A stretch of 64,000 bases of DNA, taken from assembly GCA_045601385.1 (NCBI GenBank), contig JAZRZM010000005.1, forward strand, positions 823-64,822. Reading direction: 5' to 3'. Each line of letters opens with the position of its first letter. The first letter of the stretch is position 1. A program made the translations under genes and the position numbers. Below the pieces are notes generated by a model. It was given only the letters and a program-made list of their open reading frames with translations, ran no database searches and was not told the DNA's origin. Source of the stretch: Clostridia bacterium (GTDB taxonomy: Bacteria > Bacillota > Clostridia > Christensenellales > DTU072). Positions 44,861-54,900 of this stretch are shown in pieces.

Positions 44861-45704
44861 AGACACAAATCTCCTTTTCCAGTTTGATTCCGAAGTTCTT
44901 TCGTACCGTTTTTTCGGCAAGATTCACCAGTTCGAGATACTCTTCCGCCGTTCCGCCGCCTGTATTGACAATGACGTTGGCGTGCTTTTCGCTGATCTGC
45001 ATGCCGCCTGCGCGCGCGCCTTTCAAGCCCGATTTTTCAATATAATAGCCCGCGCCCATTTCGTCCGGGTTTTTGAAAACGCACCCGAGACTCCGTTGCG
45101 AAGGCATTTTTTCCTTCCGCTTGCGACGCGCTTCTTCCATCCTCGCCGCAATACGCGCCGAGTCGTCCGGATAGAGACGCAAGCCGACTTCGTAAACAAA
45201 GTCGAGATTCCTACGCAAACTGCTGTGACGGTAAGAAAAAGCGATTTCTTCCCGACAAAGCAACTCCGTTTCGCCGTCGTCCAACCGAAACACGGACACC
45301 GACTCGATAAGATCGGACAGGCTCGAACCATATGCGCCCGCATTGCCGTAAACCGCTCCGCCGATCGTGCCGGGTATACCGCACAGATTCTCCAACCCCG
45401 ACAACCCGTAAACGCGCGCAAGGTCGGCCACGTGCGCCGTTTTTTCCCCAACGCGCACCGTCACTTGGTCTTCTTCAAAGCGTATTCCGCGAAAACAGTC
45501 CGAAAAAAGGAACGTTTCGTCCGCACCGCTTAAAACAAGGGTGTTGGTCAGTCCTCCCGCGATAACAAAAGTTTCGTCCGACCGCTCGGCGGCTATCGCC
45601 GCAAGTTCGGTCAAATTTTTTGGGAAAAAAGCCTTTCCGACCACACCTCCGCATCCGAGAGACGACCGATCGGAGACATCCTGTTTTACAAATCCGATAT
45701 GCAT
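44835..45704 (-). CDS. murB: UDP-N-acetylenolpyruvoylglucosamine reductase
   Basis: FAD-binding GGLTNTLV and PGTIGGAVYGNAGAYG. 289 aa. Confidence 0.9.
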   Translation of the reverse strand: MHIGFVKQDVSDRSSLGCGGVVGKAFFPKNLTELAAIAAERSDETFVIAGGLTNTLVLSGADETFLFSDCFRGIRFEEDQVTVRVGEKTAHVADLARVYGLSGLENLCGIPGTIGGAVYGNAGAYGSSLSDLIESVSVFRLDDGETELLCREEIAFSYRHSSLRRNLDFVYEVGLRLYPDDSARIAARMEEARRKRKEKMPSQRSLGCVFKNPDEMGAGYYIEKSGLKGARAGGMQISEKHANVIVNTGGGTAEEYLELVNLAEKTVRKNFGIKLEKEICVYGERRQDR

Positions 45705-45856
45705 TATTATACTCCCTCTATCGATAAATTGTCAACCGATGGCGTAACCGACGCGGTCGCCTCCGTAGACAGAAAGAGTATATGATTTATGAAAATCAAT
45801 AATGCTTACAATATTTATTGTTTTTATCGGTAGCAAACGCTACATTTATCCGAATT

Positions 45857-46678
45857 TTATTTTTCAAAAGCAAGATTGTCGATCACCCAGGTAATCGGAT
45901 CGTCGTCACAGTCGGGAGCAATGACGTCCGCCGCCTTTTTGGCTGCGGCAGATCCGTTCCCCACGACGACGGCAAGCCCGCCGAAAGAAAGCAAAGTAAG
46001 ATCGTTATCCGAATCGCCCACGCAAATGACGTCCTTCCTGTCGATACCATAGCGCGCGGCAAGTTCCGCCGCCGCTTTTCCCTTGTTGATTTGTTTGGGT
46101 ATTATTTCGACGATAAAGGGTTTCGAGATGTTGACAAGCACCTCGTCTCCGAATTTTTCCGTCAGGTCGTCGCGAACGGACGGCATATCGCAAGGCTCGC
46201 CGAGAACAAGAATCTTCGGCGGACAAAACCGCTCTTTTTTCAGGTATTCCGACAAGTTACAGCCCGTCTCCACAAAATCGGCATGCGCAATCGAACGGTA
46301 AAAAAGCGTCCGCTCCGTCGCCTTTTGCGTATAAAAATACGGCTCGCGGTACGTCTGAAAATACACGCCCCTCTCTTCCAGATATTCGGCTATATTTATT
46401 GCCAAATCGGTATCAAGAGCTACCCTTTTCAATTCTTTTTCGGTATCAATATCGGTTTCCACGGCACCTTGATAGGTCAGTACTTCGCCGTGCAAATCAA
46501 GGTCTCTGCAAACGGGAAGCGCGCCGACGGTCATTCTGCCCGTGACGATAACAAACTTTCCTCCGGCGGCTACGTAACGCGCAATGGCGTCTTTCAGCCC
46601 TGCGCCGTATTGCTGTTTTCTGCCGACCAAGGTATCGTCCAAATCGACGCAAATCATTTTATATTTCGGTATTTTCAT
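45857..46678 (-). CDS. Cof-type HAD-IIB phosphatase
   Basis: CVDLDDTL (DxDxT) and VGDSDNDL. 273 aa. 4-nt overlap with uvrC. Confidence 0.85.
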   Translation of the reverse strand: MKIPKYKMICVDLDDTLVGRKQQYGAGLKDAIARYVAAGGKFVIVTGRMTVGALPVCRDLDLHGEVLTYQGAVETDIDTEKELKRVALDTDLAINIAEYLEERGVYFQTYREPYFYTQKATERTLFYRSIAHADFVETGCNLSEYLKKERFCPPKILVLGEPCDMPSVRDDLTEKFGDEVLVNISKPFIVEIIPKQINKGKAAAELAARYGIDRKDVICVGDSDNDLTLLSFGGLAVVVGNGSAAAKKAADVIAPDCDDDPITWVIDNLAFEK

Positions 46679-48483
46679 TCTTCTCCCCTTTTCTTTCGGA
46701 AAAATTCTATTATTTTTTCAGCGTCTTTCTCGCCGATACCGTCCACTTTTTGAAAGTCCTCTTTCGTCGCGTTTTCCATATTCTCCATACGACGGAAATA
46801 CACGATAAGATTTCTCGCTTTTGTCTTGCCGATCCCTTCTATTCCGGTCAATTCGCTTTCGGTCATTTGTTTTTTCCGAAGAAGACGGTGATAGGTAATG
46901 GCGAATCGGTGCGCTTCGTCGCGGATACGGATAAGCAGTTTGATAGCAAGACTGTCTCGCGGCAAAAATACGCTTTCCTCTCGTCCCGGGACAAACACTT
47001 CTTCCACCCTTTTTGCAAGACTGACGACCGGAAAATCAAGTTTGTCTTTTGCCATAACGTCGCAAACGTAGCCGAGTTGCCCTTTGCCGCCGTCTATTAC
47101 AATAAGGTCGGGGCGTTCGGAAAAACTGAGATCTTTTTGCGCTTTCCACTCTTCAAAGCGTCTCGAAAGTGTCTCCGCCATACAGGCAAAGTCGTTGTTT
47201 CCGACTACCGTTTTTATTTTGAAATGTCGATAGTATTTACTTGCTTTTGCCCCGTCCTTAAACACAACCATACTTGCCACCTTGTTGGTGCCGCTTATAT
47301 GCGATATATCGTAGCACTCGATGCGCAAGGGCAGAGTCGGCAGAGACAGCATGGCTTGCAGTTGTTTTACGCCGCCCATCGTCAGTTCTTCATAGCGGTT
47401 ATTATGTTCCAATTGCCGCGCAAGATGCTCTGACGCATTGGTTATTCCCATATCGACAAGTTGCTTTCGTATGCCGCCCGACGGCGTGAGAACGTGTATT
47501 TTTCTGCCGCTTTTTTTCGACAGATAATCGGCGAGTTCTTCCTTGAATTCTATTTCGTCACTGACAAGAATTTCGTTACAAATCAGCGCGTTTTGTTCAT
47601 AATATTGCATTATAAAAGACGTCAGTCCGTTGCTCATTTCGGTTTCTTTGCACGGGAAATTAACGCCGCCGAGATATTTTCCGCCGCGCACGGCAAAGCA
47701 GTTGACCACCGAATACATACCGTTTGTTACAAACGTAAAAACGTCGATGTCGGTTTCCTGTTTGAACGGGATAGTCTGCCTGCGCGACATTTCGTCCAGA
47801 CACGCGATGGTATCACGATATTTTTTTGCCTGCTCAAAATCCTCTCTTTCGGCGGCATTCATCATCTTTTCAGTCAAAATCGAACGCACTTTTTCGTCGT
47901 TTCCCGACAAAAAAGAAAGCATATCGTCAACGGCTTTCCGATACTCGGCTTCGTCCACGCGCCCCGTACAGGGTGCGCCGCACCGACCGAGAGAATAGTT
48001 CAGGCACTCCCTTTTCGGCAGCGTCCGACAACTTCGAATGGGAAAAACGGTGTGAATAATGTCGGTTACTTCGCGTATAGACACGCCGAGCATATACGGT
48101 CCGAAATAGCGTGCGCCGTCGGCTTTCATTTTGTAACAAACTTCCACTTTGGGGAATTTTTCTTTGACGTTTACGCGCAAATACGGATACGTTTTGTCGT
48201 CTTTCAGCAGAATATTATACGGCGGGTTGTACTGCTTAATCAGATTGTTTTCCAGAATAAGCGCCTCGTACTCGTTCGGCGTTATAATATAACGCAGGTC
48301 GTATATTTTTTCGACAAGAGCCATCGTCTTGTCGTTCTTGACGGTGTTATGAAAATATTGACGAACCCTGTTTTTGAGAACTTTCGCCTTACCGACGTAC
48401 AAGACGTTGTTCATTTCGTCCAGCATGACATAAACGCCGCTTTTTTCGGGCAGCGTGCGCAGTTTTTCGGTATAGGCTTTCAT
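46675..48483 (-). CDS. uvrC: excinuclease ABC subunit C
   Basis: GIY-YIG (GVYVMLDEMNNVLYVGKA), a UVR domain, and a C-terminal (HhH)2. 602 aa. Confidence 0.95.
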   Translation of the reverse strand: MKAYTEKLRTLPEKSGVYVMLDEMNNVLYVGKAKVLKNRVRQYFHNTVKNDKTMALVEKIYDLRYIITPNEYEALILENNLIKQYNPPYNILLKDDKTYPYLRVNVKEKFPKVEVCYKMKADGARYFGPYMLGVSIREVTDIIHTVFPIRSCRTLPKRECLNYSLGRCGAPCTGRVDEAEYRKAVDDMLSFLSGNDEKVRSILTEKMMNAAEREDFEQAKKYRDTIACLDEMSRRQTIPFKQETDIDVFTFVTNGMYSVVNCFAVRGGKYLGGVNFPCKETEMSNGLTSFIMQYYEQNALICNEILVSDEIEFKEELADYLSKKSGRKIHVLTPSGGIRKQLVDMGITNASEHLARQLEHNNRYEELTMGGVKQLQAMLSLPTLPLRIECYDISHISGTNKVASMVVFKDGAKASKYYRHFKIKTVVGNNDFACMAETLSRRFEEWKAQKDLSFSERPDLIVIDGGKGQLGYVCDVMAKDKLDFPVVSLAKRVEEVFVPGREESVFLPRDSLAIKLLIRIRDEAHRFAITYHRLLRKKQMTESELTGIEGIGKTKARNLIVYFRRMENMENATKEDFQKVDGIGEKDAEKIIEFFRKKRGEE

Positions 48484-48486
48484 CTT

Positions 48487-50022
48487 TTATAAATTAACCT
48501 CACAGTTCGGATCGGAAGGCCACTTGCGCCCCACGCGCAACCTTTGCCACACGCCGCGAAGCCCTTTCGGATTATACTTTTCGCGCGGGCAATAATTTAT
48601 CCCCTGCTCGTCCATTTCGGCGAAAAATCCGACAAGACGACTTTCAAAATCGGCAAAATTTTTGTTTTCCGACGCCGTCCAAGCCGCTTCGGCAAGCGCC
48701 TGCAAACGGGGATAGATCTGAAAATCGAGTTTCTTCTTGTCATAAACGTATTCCGTCCAAAGCGGCGCTTCGACGCCCAGCACGTTCTTATGCGCGCAAT
48801 CGGGTATGTCCATGTGTTCGGGTGTGAGATTGTACACCTTTTCAAGAGTCGTGGCTATGTAGGGATAATCGAGATAGCATATCATCGCGCGCGAAAGTAT
48901 CACCTTTCCGCCGTTTTTCACGCGTTCCATTGCCGCTTTCGGTCCGCGCCACCATTGCACGACGGCACTTTCCGGCAAATCGTCGCAGTCGAGTATCTCG
49001 TCCCACCCGATCAGCGTCTTTCCTTTCCCTTCCAGATATTTTGCCATTTCCGCGGTAAAATATCCCTGCAAGTTGGATTCGTCGCGTATTCCCTTTTCGC
49101 GCATAAATTCGTGACAACGGGGGCATTCTTTCCACTTGGTACGCGGTACTTCGTCGCCGCCGATATGAAAATAGGGCGACGGGAACAGTTCCGCCACTTC
49201 GTCGATTACGTCCCGACAAAACGCCCAAAAATCGGGGTTGCCGATACACCCGACGGTGTCCTTGACGCCGACTTTATTGCTGACGGCAAGCGGCTTTTTT
49301 TCGCACGAAAGATCGGGATAAACGGAAAGCGCGGAAGTAAGGTGTCCCGGCATATCGATCTCCGGTATGACTGTGATATAATTATCGGTAGCGTACGCCA
49401 CAATTTCGCGTACCTGTTCTTGTGTAAAGAAACAGCCTTTACCATATTCGTCTTTGCTGCGCTTGCCGATAACGTTCAGCCAGTCGCCTTGTCGCACGCT
49501 CCCTTTCACGCAAAGATCGGGATGCTTTTTTATTTCGATACGCCAACCTTGATCTTCGGTCAGGTGCCAGTGAAAAACATTGAGTTTGTAGTACGCCATA
49601 TTGTCAAGGATCTGCTTGATCTCATCCATACCGAAAAAGTGGCGCGCGACGTCCAGCATAAATCCTCTGTGCTTAAAGCGCGGTTTATCGTTTATACGGC
49701 AATACGAAAAAGCCCCCGACCGCGACAGCTGACACAAGGTGATCATGCCGTAAAACGCCCCTTTTTCGTCGGAAGAACGCACCTCGATTCCTTTTTCGTC
49801 GGCATTGAGAATATATCCTTCTTCGGCAACGGATCGGTCGGAAACAAAGCGTAAAAACGCGTCTTTTTCTTCGACAATCACAGGCGCAAAGGGACTCATC
49901 TTTTTTATGACCGCTCTTCCGAGGCGTTCGCCGTATTCTCCGAGACAAACGGAAAAACCGCTTTTCAATTCAATAGTTCCCGATCCGATATTGCTTTCGT
50001 ACGGTTTCGGTATTATTCTCAT
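48487..50022 (-). CDS. beta-N-acetylhexosaminidase (GH20)
   Basis: RGFMLDVARHF, FHWHLTEDQGWR and HIGGDEV. 511 aa. Confidence 0.9.
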   Translation of the reverse strand: MRIIPKPYESNIGSGTIELKSGFSVCLGEYGERLGRAVIKKMSPFAPVIVEEKDAFLRFVSDRSVAEEGYILNADEKGIEVRSSDEKGAFYGMITLCQLSRSGAFSYCRINDKPRFKHRGFMLDVARHFFGMDEIKQILDNMAYYKLNVFHWHLTEDQGWRIEIKKHPDLCVKGSVRQGDWLNVIGKRSKDEYGKGCFFTQEQVREIVAYATDNYITVIPEIDMPGHLTSALSVYPDLSCEKKPLAVSNKVGVKDTVGCIGNPDFWAFCRDVIDEVAELFPSPYFHIGGDEVPRTKWKECPRCHEFMREKGIRDESNLQGYFTAEMAKYLEGKGKTLIGWDEILDCDDLPESAVVQWWRGPKAAMERVKNGGKVILSRAMICYLDYPYIATTLEKVYNLTPEHMDIPDCAHKNVLGVEAPLWTEYVYDKKKLDFQIYPRLQALAEAAWTASENKNFADFESRLVGFFAEMDEQGINYCPREKYNPKGLRGVWQRLRVGRKWPSDPNCEVNL

Positions 50023-50390
50023 TTTTTATATTTTCTCCTTTATTTCAAAAAAGACGGAGTGTATAAAGCGCGTATCGTTTCGTATTCGTCGCAAATAAAT
50101 GCGCTCAGGGCGCTCGGAGCGGCATAAGTACGTTGATTTTTTGCGAAAACGGAGCGTAGGCGTACCGTCGTACGGTAGTCGACGTTTTCACAAAAGCCGA
50201 CGAAAACTCCGATTGCATTATCCGCTTTTTTATTGCTCTCCATTGTATTTTATGACATTTCTTTTTTCGTTTTCGTCGGCGCAAATAAATGTGCTTAGGA
50301 CGCTCCGAAAAAAAACCGCTACGTTTTGACAAGCATCAAAAGTAACGGTATCGGAAATCTGTTTTTTTAGTACGTTTGTTTTTTGCCCTA

Positions 50391-50774
50391 TTACGCCACC
50401 GAGCCGAACACCGTATTCGCGTCTTGCCATTGGCGATAACGTACGGGTACAAGGACGAAGAAATACACGGTCAAAGTGATGAGCGAGAAGAAGAACCACT
50501 TGAACACGTTGCCGAGGATTTCGCCGTATCTGCCGTCGAATTGCAGCGGAACGCCGACGATAAACGTATGTTTGCAACGGTAGCGATTCATGATCAAAAG
50601 CGCCCACGCCCAACCGAAAAACGGAATCGCAATCAAAATCACGCAGAACAGATTCTTAAAAAAGTTTCTTCCCGGCGTACCGGTATACTGCGATTGCAGA
50701 TTACGCGTCTTTTTACTGTTATTCAGAATATCACCCGAAAGGGTAATCGTGCAATTATTCAAACTCGGACCCAT
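50391..50774 (-). CDS. small membrane protein of unknown function
   Basis: 127 aa with two hydrophobic helices (LFCVILIAIPFFGWAWALLI and WFFFSLITLTVYFFVLV). The coding call is based on composition only. Confidence 0.45.
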   Translation of the reverse strand: MGPSLNNCTITLSGDILNNSKKTRNLQSQYTGTPGRNFFKNLFCVILIAIPFFGWAWALLIMNRYRCKHTFIVGVPLQFDGRYGEILGNVFKWFFFSLITLTVYFFVLVPVRYRQWQDANTVFGSVA

Positions 50775-50834
50775 GTAAACCTCCGTATAATAGTTATTTT
50801 ATCATTATATATCTTTTTCGTCAATATTTTTTTG

Positions 50835-51959
50835 TCAAAAACCGCATTTGGAACGGATTTCGCGGATATTTTTTACGATATGAAAGTCAACGCACAGTCT
50901 CTCGAACGTCGCCCCGCGTTTTTCGTGGAGAGAACAAAACGCCAGGGTGAGAGCGTCGAACCCCTCGTCGCCGCCGAGGATCAACGAAGCGATGAAGTCG
51001 TACGAATAGTGATGGATGCGGTTGATTTCTATCAGCGTTTCCGCGCGCAATTCAAGCGTATCTTTCAGTTTCAGCGAAGCGACGGCTTCGGGATACGGGC
51101 AATTACGGCGCATGATAAAATCGACAAGCGCAGAAACGGTCAGATCGTACCGACCGGACAAACCCATTTTTTTCGCGACTTTGGCATACGGCGTCTCGCT
51201 GCGGGCGGCGGTTTCGGTCAGAACATAGTCGATTTGGTTTTCGGGATATGTTTCGCGATAGCCGAGTTGCTCTTTTTGTAAAGAGGATAAGACCTTTTCA
51301 AACGGCTCTTTCCCGAGGCGCGGCGCGCTTGCCACTCCGGTACCGTCCAAAACTTCGAGGAGTTGTTCCATGCAGTCGCCCTTTTCCGAATTGATGCCGA
51401 GTTCGATATTGATAATCAGGTTGCCGTCGTGCGTGCCTTCGAGCAGATAGCGATAACTGTTATACGGATAGGATGAAGGATCTCCGTCGGGTGAAAGAGA
51501 ATGAACGTAGCGAATCTCGTGCGCCAGCGTGCCCGAATAAACACGCTTAAAAGTAGCGTCGCGGAAAGGCTTATCCACTCTGCGAAAACCGCTGTTGAAG
51601 TTGCGCCCGTATTCTTCCGCGACAAAGCGCGCATACACTTTCGCCGCTTCTTCGCGATCGGATTTGACGATAAAAAAGGCGGCGTCGTCCAGTATACAGT
51701 ACGACAGAAGCACGACTTTTTCCGACTCGTCCGCGCTGTCTTGCAAAATCTTTTCCATAATCTTCTTATTGGACTTCTTTTTCAACGCGTCGAAGCCGTG
51801 TATGCAATGCATGGACACCAAAGCGATATAGCCTGCGCCGCGACGAACGAGGTCTCCGCTCGTCTCTTCCATTGCTTTTACGTAGGATAGCGACTCGCCT
51901 TCCAGCGCGTCCACATACCCGGCAGTCTGTTCTTCCACTTGATTTTTCTTATTTGCCAT
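50835..51959 (-). CDS. Y1 (IS200/COG1943-type) transposase-like protein lacking the HUH motif
   Basis: 374 aa. The N-terminal 175 aa are colinear with COG1943 proteins: VVLLSYCILDDAAFFIVK aligns with 'iyAYCLMgNHiHLLlk', and RYVHSLSP...SYPYNSYRYLLEG with 'RYIHqNP...dYkWSSY.eY'. The two His of HUH are replaced by A and F. Confidence 0.55.
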   Translation of the reverse strand: MANKKNQVEEQTAGYVDALEGESLSYVKAMEETSGDLVRRGAGYIALVSMHCIHGFDALKKKSNKKIMEKILQDSADESEKVVLLSYCILDDAAFFIVKSDREEAAKVYARFVAEEYGRNFNSGFRRVDKPFRDATFKRVYSGTLAHEIRYVHSLSPDGDPSSYPYNSYRYLLEGTHDGNLIINIELGINSEKGDCMEQLLEVLDGTGVASAPRLGKEPFEKVLSSLQKEQLGYRETYPENQIDYVLTETAARSETPYAKVAKKMGLSGRYDLTVSALVDFIMRRNCPYPEAVASLKLKDTLELRAETLIEINRIHHYSYDFIASLILGGDEGFDALTLAFCSLHEKRGATFERLCVDFHIVKNIREIRSKCGF

Positions 51960-51993
51960 AAGTCACTCCTTTATTGTAGGTTGCTTTTCGTTT

Positions 51994-54900
51994 TTATTCC
52001 GTAATCATTATACCGTTCAGCCCGTCATACTGCACGACATAAAAATCGCCGTCGGCAAGAGTCCCCGCTTCCGCGCTGAATTCTCCCGTCTTGACGACCG
52101 ACGTATCCACCGACGCACCGCCGGTCAGAAGCATGTATATGCCGCTGTATTGAAGCAGGTCCGCGGTATCGATATAATATGTGACGTCGTATATTTCGCA
52201 TCTGTTTTGACGGAAAATATTGACGCCCGTCTGCACGATCCGATCGAACGCCGCGACGAATTCTTCCCGTCCGCTTGTTTGCGTAAACACAAACGTATCG
52301 CTGCCGTAATACAGTCTATCTACCGAAAAACCTTCTTTCATATCGGCAAGGAAGTTTTTATACAGTTCGTCCAAAGCGTCTTTTTGGGGATCTGTAAGTG
52401 CGGCTACGGGCTTCGTAAACAGGAATTTAACCGTCGTAACCGGCTCCGCCGTCAGTATAGACATATCGCGTATTCCTTCATATTCGTCGCTTAAAGCGTT
52501 TTTGTCCGTTTCAAAATTATTGCGGATATAAGCATACAGTTTATCGCTGTCGGCGAGATAGGTAAACGGTACCTTGATATACAAATAATCGACAAGATCG
52601 ACCTCTCTGTCCACCAGCGCGAAAAAGTCGCTTTCATTGCATTCGTTTATTTCTTTACCGCCATACAGGACGTTTCCGTATAAAGTAAGTTTATCGGCAA
52701 GGAAATGATATATCGCTTTTGCAAGCGCTTCTTTCTGACTGTTTACACCGCGCCAATTCGATATCAGATCGACGCGCAACACGTACTCCGTCGTTTCGCA
52801 CGAAAGAGCGACGCTGTCCGAAATTCCGGCATAAAAATCGTTTGCCATATGTGCGAAAGACAGCATTTCATCCGAGACGTTTTTGACAGTCGTATCGAAC
52901 GACGCGGTCTGCGAAAAACTCGCGTCGGCGTCGAACGTCACATATTCCGATCCGCTTTCGTACAGGTGTAAATCTTTGCCGAGATAGGCTTTTGTCACGC
53001 CGTAGTTCTTCATATAATTCAGGACGGAATAAATCCGTTCTTTCTGCTCGTCACTACCCGTCCAAAGATCGTTGGGGGTGAAGACGAGTTCAAAGTATTC
53101 GCGGTTGGGCGACAGTATGGCGATATCGGACAAGAAGTCGCACGAACCGTTCTCGCCGACCATTTCGGCGCGCAATTTGGCAAAATCTCCTCCGAGCACC
53201 CACGACGAATAAACGGTATGCGCGTTGGGCATATACACGCGGATAAGAAGATCCGTCTCGCTCCGCTCCCGCGTATGAACGGTCAATTCTTTTTTGCCGG
53301 TCATGGAGAATACGATCGGCGTCAGATCTATGGTATAACTGCCGTGGCCGAGAGTGCCGCAAACGGCGGTATATTCTCGAACGGATTCGTCATACGACAG
53401 AAGAAGTCTTCCCGACAATAGTTGCAGGACGCCCTTTCTTTTCAGCAGTTCTCCGTAGGTGACGGAATAAGAAATATCATACTCGACGTCGCTCTTTACT
53501 TCGGTAAACATATTGACGCCCACTTCCAGCGCGCCCCCTATCAGCGTAGTACAGGCGCTTTCCGAAGCGTTCGTATTGAAATCGGATTTTTCTTTCCCGA
53601 CCTTGATATTGGCGATACCCGTACTCTCGTACATTGTCTTCAAGAGGAAATAGAATACCGACGAAGCCGCCGTTTTTGCTTTTGCACTCGGAGCATAGGC
53701 TTCGACGCGCAATTCAAAATAGTCTTCGTTCGGACTCATCAGCGAAATCTCTTTAATCAGCGACTTGAAAGTCGTCCCTTCGACCTTGTACTTTTCGTTG
53801 GTTTCATCGTAAAGGATCGCGCTCAAAGCGTCCAGATTGGTCGGATTATGCAAATAAGCGATCGCCGACGGATTATTGGCGGTCGTCACGCGCAAAACGT
53901 ATGCGTTTTCGGACGGCGTAACGACGGATACGTCGATAACTTTCGGAATGATGCTGAATTCCTGCAAACAGTAATTTGCGTTTTCATAATACTTATTATT
54001 GGGATCGTCCACGCGAACGAAGAGGTAGTATACGTTGTTTATCTCCTCGCAAAGAGCGCTCAATTCGCTCGGCAAAGCGGCGTACTCTTCTTTGGAATAA
54101 CTATACAAAATATCTCCGCTCAACGTTACGGGAACGAGACGGCTTTTTTTGATAACGTAAAACTCGAAAGGCTCCAACCCCTCACGCTGCGTCGCCGACA
54201 TCGCGTCGTATTCTTCCTGCGTAAAGAATGCCGACACGCATTCCCCCGCAAAGCGCGCGTACACATAATGGGTGCATATCCCTTTGTACCTTTCGTCCAG
54301 TTTTGCGTATTGTTCGGGCGTGTACACATACCGAACGGCTTCGCCCGTGTAACCCTGCGTAAGACTGCGTTTGGTCAGCGTGTATATATAAGATACATTG
54401 ACAAGGGCTTGCGACTCGGGCGGCAAAGCGGCGTATTCTTCGGCGGAATAGACGATATCGCCCAGCGTATATCTCTCCGAACGGATATACAACGCGCGCT
54501 TCCCTGCCGACAAAGCCTCGTACTGCTCCTGCGTGCAAACCGTCAGGACAGAATCGGGATCCTCCGCATATTCGGTCGCCGTCATTCTTTCGAGCACCTC
54601 TCCGCTTGCCGATTTCAGCACATACGCCGAATAAATGACGTAATAGGTGCCCGAAGCGGGATCAAAGGGGTGCGCTTCGTCCGTTTCCAGACTGTCCGCC
54701 GAGATATAATACAGCACGTCGAGATTCATATTCTCGTCATACCCTTTGACGGCAAAGTAGGTACTGCGTTCTTCTTTGGTAAGATTCATCTGCAAAAACT
54801 GTTTGTACGGAATCAGATTCTTGCTTTGGATATAGTCCATACGAATATAGTTTTCGCTCGGGAATGCGAATTCGGGAATCTGCTTGCCCGTATCCATACC

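Noticed and set aside
50230-50613. 127-aa minus-strand ORF overlapping 50391-50774 in another frame.
   Set aside because: It is Arg-rich with low-complexity composition and extends into the repeat-bearing intergenic region. The alternative frame (50391-50774) has plausible TM helices, so only that one is kept, at low confidence.
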